From: Adineta vaga
Taxonomy: Eukaryota; Animalia; Rotifera
Direction of reading: 5' to 3'
Length of the DNA stretch: 64,000 bases
Assembly: GCA_021613535.1 (NCBI GenBank)
Contig: CP075492.1
Location: 8,494,001 to 8,558,000 of the forward strand
The notes below the pieces were generated by a model. It saw nothing but the letters and a program-made list of their open reading frames with translations. It did no database searches and had not been told where the DNA came from. Positions 37,601-50,884 of this stretch are shown here, in pieces. The first letter of the stretch is position 1. The number at the start of each line of letters is the position of its first letter. Made by a program: the position numbers and the translations under genes.

Positions 37601-39613
37601 CTAAACGATACAATTGAACAATTGAAAAAGAATTATGAAACATTAAAAACTGATTTACAAGATCGAAGTTTGATAAGTCTATTTCTATGTATTGATATTC
37701 TATTTCTATGATATAGATCAAACTCAAACTATGGAATTAAATGAACGTGAAGATCAATATCAACTTCAAATACAAGAATTACAAAGAAAATTGACTGAAT
37801 CACATGAAGAAAAAACTACCATTGATAATCAATTGAATGAAATTATAAATACATTAAAACAAGAGCATGTAATACAATGTAAAGAACTTCAAACTGAACT
37901 CGATGAACTCAATGAACGAGGTTAGCCAATGTTTTGATTTTCGATTGTATTACAAGACTTTCTTCCTATAGAACGAAAAGTACATAAGGAACTTCATCAA
38001 CGTGAAGCACAATTTGATCAACAAATTACCGAATATCAAGATAAATTAGAACAAGCTCGTTTAAAATTTGAACAATTGCATACAGAATGGATCAAATTGC
38101 AAGCAGAAAAAACAGAATTCAATAAAACAATTAATATCTTGCAACATGATCTTACTGATGCTAAATCTGAACTAGAAAATCGAGGTAAGAGAATCTTTCT
38201 TTTCGAAATATGTTATTCATTTATCATTTCCATCGTAGAACATACTCAAGATATGGCATTAAACGAACGTGAAATTCATTATCAAAATCAAATTAAAAAC
38301 TATCAAAGCGAAAAAGAACAATTCCTTCTTCAAATACAATCTCTTCAATCCGAATTAACAAAATTACAAGAAGACAAAGTTCTAACGAAGAGGAATTGAG
38401 TAAATCCATCGATTCAACTAAGCAAGTTGTTGAAAAACTTGAAAATGAACTCAATGAACGAGGTAGATTGTTTACTTACTCTCTTCATGTGATATTTATT
38501 TTCTATTGCAGAACGTAAAGAAAAACTGACTATGAAACAACATAAAGCAGAATATGAACAACAAATTGATGAATATCAAAAAAATCTTGAACTTTCTATC
38601 ATTCAATGTCAAAATGTACAATCAGAATTGGCAAATTTACAAGAAGAGAAACAATCAAATGAAAAGAATTTAAATGATATGATGTATACATTGAAAGAAG
38701 ATTTCGAAAAACAAATAGAACTTCTTCAAACACAAACGAATGACTTACGAAAACAACGTTTGTATCCTTTATTCTTAATTCACTTTTAACAAATACATTC
38801 GTTTTTCAGATGAAGCAACCAATAATATACTGACTGAAAAAGAACAAGAATTACATGAATATCAAATGAAATTTGATCAATTAAATAACCAAATTCTTGA
38901 ATTAAATCAAGAGAATGAAACCAAACAAAATCAAATACAACAATTAAAAACGGAGCTAAATCAAAACCATCAAACCAATACACAAATTACGAACCTTAAA
39001 CAACAGTACGAACAAACACAAGATGAACTATTCCAACGAGTAAGTTTTACAATGATTATGTAAAATTCAATTATCATTCGTTGAATTTTTATAGACAGAA
39101 AAGTTAACTGCAATGAATGATAAACTTCAGAAAGAAATTGAAGATTTAACAAATCAAAATAAACAATTATCAAACACTACTGTTGATAATAATACTGAAT
39201 CAAATGATAAACAAGTTGTTATCGATCAATTAACAAAACAAATTGATGATTTACAACAGATGCATACTGATCTTCTTGAAAAACAAGCACATACTATAGA
39301 ACAATATCAAGAAGAGAAAAAAGCTCAGGAAAAGCTCATGAAGGATAAAATTGGTGAATATGAAATGAAGATTGCATTGGCGAAAAGTAAATCTTCTTTT
39401 TTCTCTATGATGAATAATTTTATTATTTGTGTTCAGGTGAATTTATGGTTGATATGGAAAATACAAGACTTGATCATGATCAAGAAGTACTTCGATTAAA
39501 AACTCAACTACAACAAGCACTTCCAACAACTAAACCAAGTAAATGATTTTATTAATTTCAACTTTAGTTTCATAATCAGTTTTTCTTTTTGTTATCTAGA
39601 AGGAAAAAAATGA
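34631..39613 (+). CDS. CAP-Gly domain linker protein (CLIP-170-like) with long repeated coiled coil; apparent frameshift near 38379
   Basis: Two CAP-Gly domains (GEWIGIILDEVQGKNDGSYNGVRYF and GIWCGIKLDGPLGKHNGKIEGVRYFRC..FGIFAP), then serial phase-1 coiled-coil exons. Confidence 0.82.
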
Positions 39614-40199
39614 TTGACAATTGTCTTCTGTGATTCATTGTGTGCTATTGGATTTGTGATATTATATAAATTTGTGTTGTTTTTGTTCTTCACTTCTTCA
39701 TTAGATTATATTTTAGTTATCATAAATAAATTATAATCTAATAGTTCAGACTATAATGAAAAATCTCCTGACAATTACGGTAATATTAAGAATTGAAAGA
39801 AAACGAAATTGATTATGTTGCCAAATAACAGCTTGACGTGTTGTCCTATGCGAACTACGTGACGAAGAAATTACAGTTATTAGACAGATATGAGTTTTGA
39901 TTTAACAGAATTGGCTAATCCATTCATTGTTAAGTAAAATCAAGTATACATATGAAGATTCGACAAAGAAAGCATCATAATGAACAATGAATCGTTTATG
40001 TCAAATATATATCTTTTGTATTATTTTTACACTCTCGCCAAAATGAAGTTTTATTTCTAATAAAGATATTATACTTGTTAGAAAATCATTTTTAGTTATC
40101 ATACTCTGTACAACACTGAAAATGACACAAATCGTCGTATCGATACAGCTACATTGAATGGATACATTTTTACGAAAAAGAAATAGTCAATGATCATAA

Positions 40200-41258
40200 T
40201 CAAAAAATTTTACAACAATTTTCCGATGAAGATTTGGAAATATCAATTTGCCGTGATGACAATGATGATCGTTTTGAAAGTTCAATGAAGGATGAATTGT
40301 ATATAGTATCATTTATCTTAATCTGTTTTAATAGCGATTTATTCTGTAGAATACGTAATATCAATTGTTTAAACATCACTCGAATATTGTCACCACGTTT
40401 TGCTGATGCATAACAGATAGTCATATTATGTAATGATGAGAAATGTTCAGCCCGTGCCAGAAATATGCTTTTATATTCATCATCACAATTTTCTTCATAT
40501 AAATCGATTTTATTACAAACAAGTGTTGATTCGACGTTTTCTTTTCCTTTCATATGTAATTGTTTATACCAATAGAGTTCAATTCGTTCCAATGTATCAA
40601 TATCTGTTGAATCAGCTATTAAAAATGCACCATGACAACCACGAAAATGATTATCACAACATGATTCATATCGTTCCATTCCTGGTATATCAGTTAACTG
40701 AATAATGATAACATATTTATCTTCATATAATTGGTCCAAATAGAAAAAGTTGAGATCAGGTCCAATAGTTGAAGTACATTTCAAATGTACAAAATTAGTT
40801 TTCTCACCATATTGAAAGTATCGAGCAATCGTCGTTTTACCAACATTTGAACCACCTAGAAGACTAATACGAATCTTCAATGTCGGTTTATCATCCCATT
40901 CGATAGGTATTCGACCATGACGTATATTAAATGTTAAAAATTGATTAAGGGATAAAATTGTCTTTTGTTGAGTACAATATTCTCCGATAGCACTTTTTAA
41001 ATTAAAATTATGTATATAACGACGATCCGTCAATATTTGATTTGTCATTGGTGACGAATTATGATCACTTAACCATTGTTCTATAGCATGTAATTCATAT
41101 GAATGACCCTATAACAGTATGTTGAATATTATATGCAGTTTTCTCTATAATTTAGTCAAACTTACATCTTCAACAAGAACCACTGGATTTTCCATAATTT
41201 CTCGAGTTATTGGACAAAGAAAATCACGTGGAATGGGTATTAATTCTTCATTCATCAT
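40200..41258 (-). CDS. U-box domain fused to a Rab-like small GTPase
   Basis: Exon 1 plus exon 2 give PRDFLCPITREIMENPVVLVEDGHSYELHAIEQWL..SPMT...NFNLKSAI (U-box). Then GGSNVGKT, STIG, DIPGMERY, NKID, SAK and a C-terminal CCKIF. Confidence 0.88.
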
Positions 41259-41694
41259 GAGATTTTTCTATCGATTACAATCACTAGTATTATTAATAAA
41301 CTCTTATTGTACCTATTCGATATAAACTTTACTTTCTATAATATTCTATCATCGTCAAATCATGTTTGTCACGCATATTTATCATTTACATGGGAGCATC
41401 GAAGTTACAAAAACATTTTCTTTCTTTTTCTTTTTTTTCTCATTATTAATACCTATAAAAGTGTCGATTCAGTGCACAAAAAAAATGACGCCGTTTTCAT
41501 TATTTCCCTTTCGTTTTTTTTCATTGATCACGTGTTCGTTACTATGCTGATTAATATCAAAATCATTACAAGAAAAAGACAAATCAGTTTTAGACAATAT
41601 ACTTTGATCTGATGTCTATACATAATGGGTACATCATGTAAACAGCAAACTTCACTTGATAATCAATGATAATAATATGATATTTTTTTAAAAT

Positions 41695-43934
41695 TCATAT
41701 CGTTTTCGAAGTACAATTATTTATCTGACAAAATTTTGGACACAGATGTCGAATATGATCTGTTTCACATTCATGTTCGAGTATAAAAGTACATATATGT
41801 ATTGGTTCTTGGTCACAAAGTACTAAATAGTAAATATAAAGAAAGTTAGAAGATATGAAATGTTTTCTTTGAAAAGAAAATTATCATACCTGTTTCACAA
41901 TGATCACCTGTAAAAGCAGGCAAACATATACATAAACAATCAGAATTTAAACGCCCATCATGATAACATTTTTTGTTTTTACAATATTCAAAAGGTGTAT
42001 TGGAAGTTGAATGAATTGTTGTTGTTGTTGTTGTTGGCAATGAAGTTGTTTGTCTTTCCATAGAAGTACTTTGAGTAGTAGTAGTAGTAGTAGAAGTGGT
42101 TGTTGTAGAATTAGATAGTTCACTTTTATTAGGGCTGATCATACTTAACATCCAAGAAAATGGTGGTAATGCTAATGTTGGATATGGTTTGAAAAATTCT
42201 AACAGTTGATCTTTTATATTATGATCTTTGATATCATACACAAATAAAGGTTCAGTAAAATTCTCAAATAGATCTATGATTGTTGTTGTGTTGACTATTA
42301 AAGTACCATTATCATCATTTAGATTGCTATTGATCTCAGAATATGATTCGAAATCAAGTGAAAGATAATCTTCAAAATCATCATCATCGTTATCATCGTC
42401 AGCTGCAGCAGCAGCATCTAAAGATAAATGATCAAATCGTGTAATTGGTAATTCGAATGTCGTGTTGAATATTGTCCAATCATTATCGTCTATTTGTATA
42501 AGTGATGTTGTATTTAATGAAGATAATATACTAGAAGTATCATTAAAATCCCAAAAATTTATTGAGATATTTGGTTCTGAAATAATAAACTCATCAACTA
42601 GTGTACTATTTAAGAGAATTTCATCGATAAGATCCAATTCATCATCTAGATCAAATAGGATAGTAGTAGTATTTGATGATAGTGTAGTCGATACCATAGA
42701 TTCAAATAAATTATAATCTAAATCAGGATCATCCCATATCATATTATCATTATAGATATCATTAGTGACATTCATTATAAGTGAACTTATTGTCGATGTC
42801 GTAGTAGACTTAATAGTAGTGCTATGTGCTAAAATATTCTCAGTCATTGAAAATGCAGGAAAAGTAATAATTGATGGTAATTGATTATGGAATATACCTA
42901 ATAAGACAAAATAGGTAAGCTTTTTTTCTTAGAATCTGCAAGATCTGAATATTTACTCATGATGAAATCGAAGCTTACACCATTACATCTTAGAAAGTAG
43001 AAAAGAACGATTTGATGAATATATTTTTATTTCAAAATCTATTATTGCTTACAAAGATTCTTCACAGAAGAATGCATCAGAACCAAGTAATTTTTGAAGA
43101 CCACTTTTAGCATGTACTTCAGGCCAAAATGTTGAACAATCTCGTGTGATAACTACAATATATATATATATATATCAACTAGAAAAATTCCTATCATTCA
43201 AATCAAATTATGCATACGATTGAGATCATTAGGATTTCGAAAAATAATACAACTTGATGAACATGGACGAATATAATTTGATGCATAATGAGAATCTAAA
43301 AATTCACCACAACCTTCAAAGCGTGCTGTACATGAGTAACATTGATGTACTTGATGATGTAAATCTGCTCCTAAAACAGTATGCTAAATACTTTTTTTTC
43401 AGTCAATTTTAACGATAAAAACATTTTCTCTCTTATCAATTTTATGACATAGAAGCGATAGGTATATTAATGAAATTTACCTGTTTGTTTCGATATTGGA
43501 TTATTTGCTGCTGAAAATAATAACTCTTGAGATGGTGAAATAATATGATTTTTTATTATTCCTAGTTTGCTTGTAACAACTTCTGTTTGTTCGATAGTTC
43601 CATTATTACACAAATGCGAATCACAAAAATAAGCATTAATCGTTGGACTTATTTCATGCCATCCAATCGATTTTGCCATCATATGTCCATATGTCCATGA
43701 ACAACCACGAACAATTGAACCATTTGCATTTCGAAATAGTACACATTGACCATTACATGGTTCAGTATAATATTGAAGAATATCTGTATAGATATATGAA
43801 TTTGGTTGATTGTTACCTACACATTCACGAAGTGTATCTTCTGAACATAGATAACATCGACCAGCACTTGCATTTAATGTCAAGAAATAGATAATAAGGA
43901 TAAAAACTAGGAAATGTAGTTCAATTGTAATCAT
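41695..43934 (-). CDS. Secreted mosaic protein: two Ly6/three-finger-like domains, acidic/Thr-rich stalk, EGF domain, ShKT-like Cys domain
   Basis: Signal peptide, CYLC...C..C...RGC...CDSHLCN and CYSC...RDC...CEESLCN, CKNKKCYHDG...C.CLPAFTGDHCE and a terminal C..C..C..CPKFC..C. Confidence 0.72.
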
Positions 43935-44497
43935 TCTTAATAAATGATATATATTCGTGTCGATTGAAATAAGCAAGACACATACGAACAATAAATGTAT
44001 GACATAAGATCACGTTTACAACCTTCATCGATTGATTATATTGCTCACATGTTAAAAGTTTATATTATAATGGTTCATCTTATGTATAACGAGTGCAAGC
44101 TTATGATCATTTACTAATTGAACAAAAAACGTGTTTAGACATCGAGGTCGTTGTCTATATATGATAGAATGACTTACGGGTAAACTTGTTTTATTTATAC
44201 GAAAAACTTAATCTAGACACATCTTCATGCTTAACAAACAATCGATTAATGAGAACGAAAAATTCAATAATCGATAGAAGTCGCTCAATAACAGTTGTGT
44301 TTATATATATCAACCATTTTATTGAATAAGAACCGTAAACCTCTCTAAATAAATAAACGAATTATTATGTTATAGTTATAGATAGTCATTAGATGTTCAA
44401 AAACGATAACGAATAGAAATCTTTGAAGAGATTATTATTAGAAATAAATGAAGTTAGAGGTGTATTTCTGTTGATGAGATTTGTATCTTTTTAGATC

Positions 44498-46340
44498 ATG
44501 GCAAATGCTGATGATTTTTGTCAGTTTGCACGATTGGGTCAAACAGCTAAAATTCAAAAGTGTTTACAATCACACAGTAAGTCATTCAAATCTATCTATA
44601 ATTATATGATTCCTAAGTAAACACAAATACGAACAACAGTGTTAAGCTTCGAGCAGTTTTAAAGACATTTGTATGTCTTCTGAGAACATTCTCTACTCCG
44701 TAGACTTCGTTTAATGTATAACAATGTTCTAAAGATATTTTTATTCATTGTAGGTGTTGATATCAATGCACTAAATTTATATGGTGAATCTGCACTTTCA
44801 ACAGCTACTTATCATAATCAAATTCTATGTGTTGAATACCTCTTGGCCAATAAAGCTGATCCTAAATTGTAAGCGTTTTATCTTTGTAAAATCTATTAAC
44901 GCTTGTACTTTGTTTTCTATAAGACGTCTTTCAGCTGGACATACAACAATACATATTGCTTGTCGCTTAGGTAATGTTCCAATTTTACATATGTTATTAT
45001 CCATGAAAAAAGACGAAAATAAGAATAGTATCGAAGGACAAGAGCAACAACAACAACAACAACGATATGAAGATAAACATGTTTATGAATGTTTAAAATT
45101 GAAAGATAATTCCAATTTAACACCTATTCATTGGGCAGCAACACAAGAATCAGTATCAAAACGGCAAAAAATGTTTGCATATCTGGATAAACGAATGCCT
45201 GGCGTACTTGATAGTAGATATAATCTTAATTGGTTTCATTCATGGGCAAAAACACATCCGTGGGTGACTGAACAGAACAACACTCAGTAAAATCATACTC
45301 GATTCTAATCATTTCATATAATAGTTCGTTCGAATGTATTTTAGTATACCAATTGGATCTGCACCTATATTAACAAGTCCTAATCAAACTTATCGACAAG
45401 AAGAATCATCTGAAATTATTTCACTTGATATGACACCAAAAATAACAACCAATGATTATGAACGTACTCCACGAGCACCTCTAACAGCAACAATCAATAA
45501 TACGAATAGAAAATCATCAAAATCACGTGCTCCACGTATTCAAGTTCGATTTTTGTTTTAGAATTGATCTATTTTCTTTATTTTTTTCAATCAAATAGAT
45601 TGAACAACCATCAGTTCTACCATCAACACCCATATCAAGCTGTAAAGTAACAGTCACTTCTATCTATCACATTCCAAAAAGTGATCCACAACAAACATTA
45701 TCATCATCATCAAAATTACTTGAACCTCCTGAAACACAGGTACTTTTAGATATTGAAAGTCGAATAGAAGTGTTCCAGACATGAATAGATTATAAAACGA
45801 ACGGTTATCTTTCTTTTCTTTCAGTCAACATCACAAAAACTACTAATGAACGATCAACCATTATCACCTCTATCGAATCGTTTCACTTATCGTGCTCATC
45901 GAGTTCGAATTGAACCAACAATAGATTTTCCTCCTCCACCAACTGATATTGAAGATATTGAAAATACATTTGATATTAAAACACATGAGTATGAAGATGT
46001 CAATACACCATGGTCTTGCAAACGTCCATCACATAATCTTCTTTCGAATATCGTTCCATCTGCAACAACTCCATCGACTGATCAAAGTAGTCAACAATCA
46101 ACAAAACATATCGCATCATCATTCGGTTTTGATACATCAATTGAGCGACGTCAACGAGCCGATACAACAATACATTCAATGACTGATACTTATGCACAAA
46201 ATGATGATCAAATCGATCTCGAATCAGTTTCATCAAATGATGAAGATAACGATTATGAAAGTAATAAAATTGATTACATATGTAAATCAACTTCAACAGT
46301 TGATATAGCTTCACCTAGTGCACATACTTATTATGCATAA
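44498..46340 (+). CDS. Ankyrin-repeat protein with disordered Ser/Thr/Pro-rich C-terminus
   Basis: VDINALNLYGESALSTA..CVEYLLANKADPN, GHTTIHIACRLGNVPILHMLL and LTPIHWAA across GT-AG introns. Confidence 0.75.
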
Positions 46341-46828
46341 TTTCGTTTTCTTTTGTCGTTTTTAGAATGAACAACTTGTCAGATAGTTTGTTTTGTATTA
46401 TATATATATATATACATATATCTATGAACTACATTTGTTTTTATTTTGATAAAAAGATTATACGAAATAGTTCTTCATGTCATACTTAATGTTATCAATG
46501 ATAATTATTCTCATCTCTAATGGAATTATTTTCAGACCCAAGATTCTCTTTCACGCATTTTATTTGGATAAAAGTATATTGTTTATTCTTTAAATTTGTA
46601 TTCAAAAAATAACAGATCTCTGGTCGGATATCTATGTTTGTTGTCATATAAAATATATTTAATTTGTAAGAAAAAGTAATCTGATAGGTGAAAGGAATAG
46701 GAAAATGCATATGTATACAGGAAAAACCGACGGAAAACAAAAGAAACTGTTTCACTCGTAAAAATACTTTCAAAAGCAAAATATCTACTTTCTACTAGTT
46801 ATTAAAAAGTCTTTCTCTATTTCGTTTA

Positions 46829-48795
46829 TTATTTCTTTTCTTTGGTATGAATATGATCAATATGATCTTGATCAAAATAAACAACGGTTATTGTAATATC
46901 ATCACGTATTGAACGTGGATTAGGAAATGTTAAGACATCAGATAAAAGTTTACTATCAAATTGTCCTTTGGATGTATAAGCAAGTGCTTGTCGTATCAAA
47001 TGTGTTGCTGAATTTTGATCCATTGGTTGATTTTTAATAGCTTGATGTCGTGCAAGTAATAATTCATTGATATCTTTTAATTTCGTTGATGTTGTATTAC
47101 CACTCTTATGTAAAACAAAACGATCAAAACTTTGAATACCTTTTTGATGATTAAATATCAATTGAACAACACGTTCTGGAGATAATAAATCCCAAACACC
47201 GTCTGTAGCTAATACAAGAAATTTATCTTTTTTTGTTAATTTATGTTTTGTTATTTCTGGTTTAACAGTTAAATATGGTGGAGATAAATAAAATTGTGGT
47301 ATAGCATCACCTTTTTTGTAATAAGGTTGTAAATATTCTCGAAGATAATTAGCTGACCATTTAAAGCGTACATCACCAAATGCACGAAATGGCATTAAAA
47401 GACCAAGTAAACGATCACTACGTATAACTGAATGAGATTCATTTGTTCCATGTTCTGAAAGAACACGTTGTACTTCGGATTGATTACGTGCATTATGATC
47501 ATGAGAAAGATTAATGACATTTGGATTGCCTTCATCATCAATAGTACCTGAAAGACAGAAGAAAAAACATTTCTTCGATTAGTAAATTGAATGTGTGATT
47601 TTTTTTCATATACCAAGAATTGCTCGTGCATCACCACAATTAGCAATATAAAGATCGTCATCTTTGACTAAAGCAACGCATGCACATGAACCAGCTGTAC
47701 AAATTTGTAATAAATCTTCATCGACTGGCTGAGTATCAATTGGTATCGCTTCTGAACATATATCACGATCTAATTTAATAAATGCACCTTCCAATGAACT
47801 GATTATATCAGTATAATCATGATCAATATTTGTATAAGCATCTTCAATATGTTTTAATAAATTCATTTGATGAATATCTTTGATCTTTGAATTCCGTGTA
47901 TCTTTATATGGATTATAATATGAATGAAGAAGAAGTGAAGTAATTGTATTCGATGTTGTTTTATCTTGACTGTAAGTATGAGTATGAGTATGAGTATGAC
48001 TGTGAGTTTGAGCATGTTGATTTGCTGTTATTCGTTTTGCTTGTTGCATAATTCTTTCTAAATCGTTCGGTTGATGTAATGTTACTGCAATGTATTCAAA
48101 TAGACGTTGACCAACTACATCTGAACACCAAGGACCACCATGACCATCGAAAACACCGAATAAATACATATTCGAATCTGGTGAATGAATGCGAGCTTGT
48201 GCTTGGCGATCCTCTTTACAAACCGAAAAAAAACAATCTTCGATATATGAACTATGAACGATAAGAGAAATTATTTTTTTCTCATTTTCTATGCATACAT
48301 GCATGCATGCACTGAAGGCAAGTCCTACGCATTGTATTTGTTCTTGACATAATATTTCATTGATGATCGGTGCTCTTCTCTCTAGAGATTATCACGAACT
48401 ACAGGGAAGATGTTTTGATTATGTCAAAGTACGTTAGTGTTAAATTAATTCATTATTTTACTTTAGAAAAGATAATATTCAAACTGATTTTATTTCAATT
48501 TAGCAATGTATCACATACCCGGTGGATTATTAGCACCGAGATAATTGACTTCATAATATTTCACTGGGCAATTAGCTTCAAGATCAATACTTGCTTCATG
48601 CGTTCGTAAGATTCCTGTTGCTTCTTGAGAAGAGAGACGTTGTTCTTCAAATGATGATTCTTCAGGAAGATTTCCTTCAATTGAATCACTATGATAAGAT
48701 GAAACTGAAACGAGTTGATGTTTAACTAGCGATAATAGGTATGGAATTTGTTTCGAAGAAATACATGCATTTTTCGATAGTAAATGTCGAATCAT
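46829..48795 (-). CDS. PDP1: Pyruvate dehydrogenase phosphatase catalytic subunit (mitochondrial PP2C)
   Basis: LGANNP.EDR, FGVFDGHGG, GSCACVA, ANCGDARAILG, RLLGLLMPFRAFGDVRFKW, PPYLTVKPE, LATDGVWD and RDDITITV. Transit-peptide-like N-terminus. Confidence 0.9.
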
Positions 48796-49970
48796 TTCAT
48801 CTTGAAGAGAGAAAAGCAAATGAATCAAAAGTTCTTTTTTCCGTCAAATCTTCGCTATTTACAAATAATAATCGAACAGTTAAAAAAAATATATCATATG
48901 AGTCGTTTTTTTTTCTGGTCTGGCTCATATATATATATATTTATATATAATAAAAGGAGTAAGTAAAGAAAAACTGTTTTTTTTTATTGGTAGAATATGT
49001 TAACGAATAGAGTTATTATATAAGAAGGACATCAGACAACTTGCGACAACAGAGAACAGAAACTAATTCGGCTGATTATTACTTTAAACACAAAAACTTA
49101 GAAGGAAAGGAAAAAAGAGAAGAGAGCACGATATTTCTCAGTATTTCTAAAGCAACGATTGAAGGAAACCAAATCTTGTTGAAGTAATCAGCACTCAATA
49201 GTGTTCTATAGAGATGTTTCTGTTACAGAAAGTTATGTTTCTCTAAAGACGAAGTAGAATATTTAAGTCTTTTTTAGGTATGAATAAATATTGCCGGAAA
49301 GAAAAACAAAATCCTTGATGAATAGATCTCGCTGAAATGTGGACAATAGATATTTTATTTGACGTTCAATACTGCAGATTCATATGATCAATCCAACTGA
49401 TAAAAAAAAGCTATCATATTTCATTTGTCACAAACAAAGAATGTGCCGGATGTTCCGACAAATATGCTTCAAAGATTTTCTGGAATGATCCGTGATAGTA
49501 ATCTACCTATTTTATTTTCATGCTTTAACAAAAAGCATTGGTGTGTTGATCATTTCCTAAATACAAAACCATTTCAATCATAATTCAGTACTAGCTTTGC
49601 TTCATACGATCATCAATATAAATCTGAAGCACATGCGTCGTATCGCAAGTTTAATCAAGGTTTCAACAATGTTGCTATCTTTAGAGTGATTTCTTCAATA
49701 GATGAGATTTAAAAATGTGATTGTGACGAGAATCTTACATTTCTGATCAAATTCGCGCAGTAGTTAATCGCCATAAAATATATCGTTTGCCTCCACATAC
49801 TATTGTAGAATGCCTATTGGTCAAAATATGGGAAGCAGAAAAGGAGAAGGAAAAAAATGCACACATTCATATACATTTCTGCCATGATTATTTGATTGTT
49901 TATTTACAAGATATTTTTCGATTTTAATTGATTTATTTAGTTCTTTTTAGATTTTAAATCTTGCCAATCC

Positions 49971-50650
49971 ATGGCTAGCAGTTTCCCATCACGAACAGGT
50001 TTGTTAATAGATATTTTAATGTACAAATTTATCAAACAATAATCATTTTTCTTTGTCTAATGATTAGTTGTTCCACGAAATTTTAAACTATTAGAAGAAC
50101 TCGAAGCTGCTCAGAAAGGTCAACATGAAGGGTAAATATCATTCATTAATGCTCGAAAATTTCATTAACATTGGTTTTTCTATAGTTCGGTTTCATGGGG
50201 TCTAGAAGCTAATGATGACATGTCACTCTCTCGGTGGGTTTGCATGATTATTGGACCAACACGAGTAAGACTTCATTACTAATAATCAACTTGTTCAAAT
50301 CTATTTTCTCTTCTACTTTTCTAGACGCCTTTTGAAGGTCGTATACATACATTAAAAGTTCATTGCGGTGATCGTTATCCTGAAGAACCACCAGTAGTTC
50401 GTTTTCAAACACGTATCAATCTAGCTGGTGTAGCAGCCAATGGTTCCGTAAGAACATGGTTGTTCTAGTTGTCTCTCATTCTTTTGACGTTATCTTTCAG
50501 ATTGATCCTAAATCAGTTCCAACACTTCGTAATTGGAATCGCGATATGACTATTCATCAAGTATTAAATGACATACGAGCAAGCATGTCATCGAAAGAGA
50601 ATGCGAAGTTATCTCAACCACCAGAAGGTGCACTTTATCCATCCCAGTAA
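49971..50650 (+). CDS. UBE2V: Ubiquitin-conjugating enzyme E2 variant (UEV1/MMS2)
   Basis: Spliced sequence [59 protein letters not shown]. Confidence 0.93.
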
Positions 50651-50884
50651 TCAATCGTATAAATCAAATCCAGAGAAAAAAATCTATGCGAACGTTTTTC
50701 TTCAGCTCTTTGTTCATGCGCAAAAAAAACACAAACATAATTTTTCTTTCTTTTCTTTGTGATACCTTTTTCTTTGCTTCTGCATATTAACTTTAATCTA
50801 TTCTGTATGATTCAATCCCATTGAAAGACAACACATAACTTTTGAAAAAAAAATTGCAAACAATCCTTTGTTCTAGAGAATAGA

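Noticed and set aside
47975-48006. (AGTATG)n repeat encoding a His-Thr run in PDP1
   Set aside because: Ordinary in-frame microsatellite in a variable loop, with no evidence of function.
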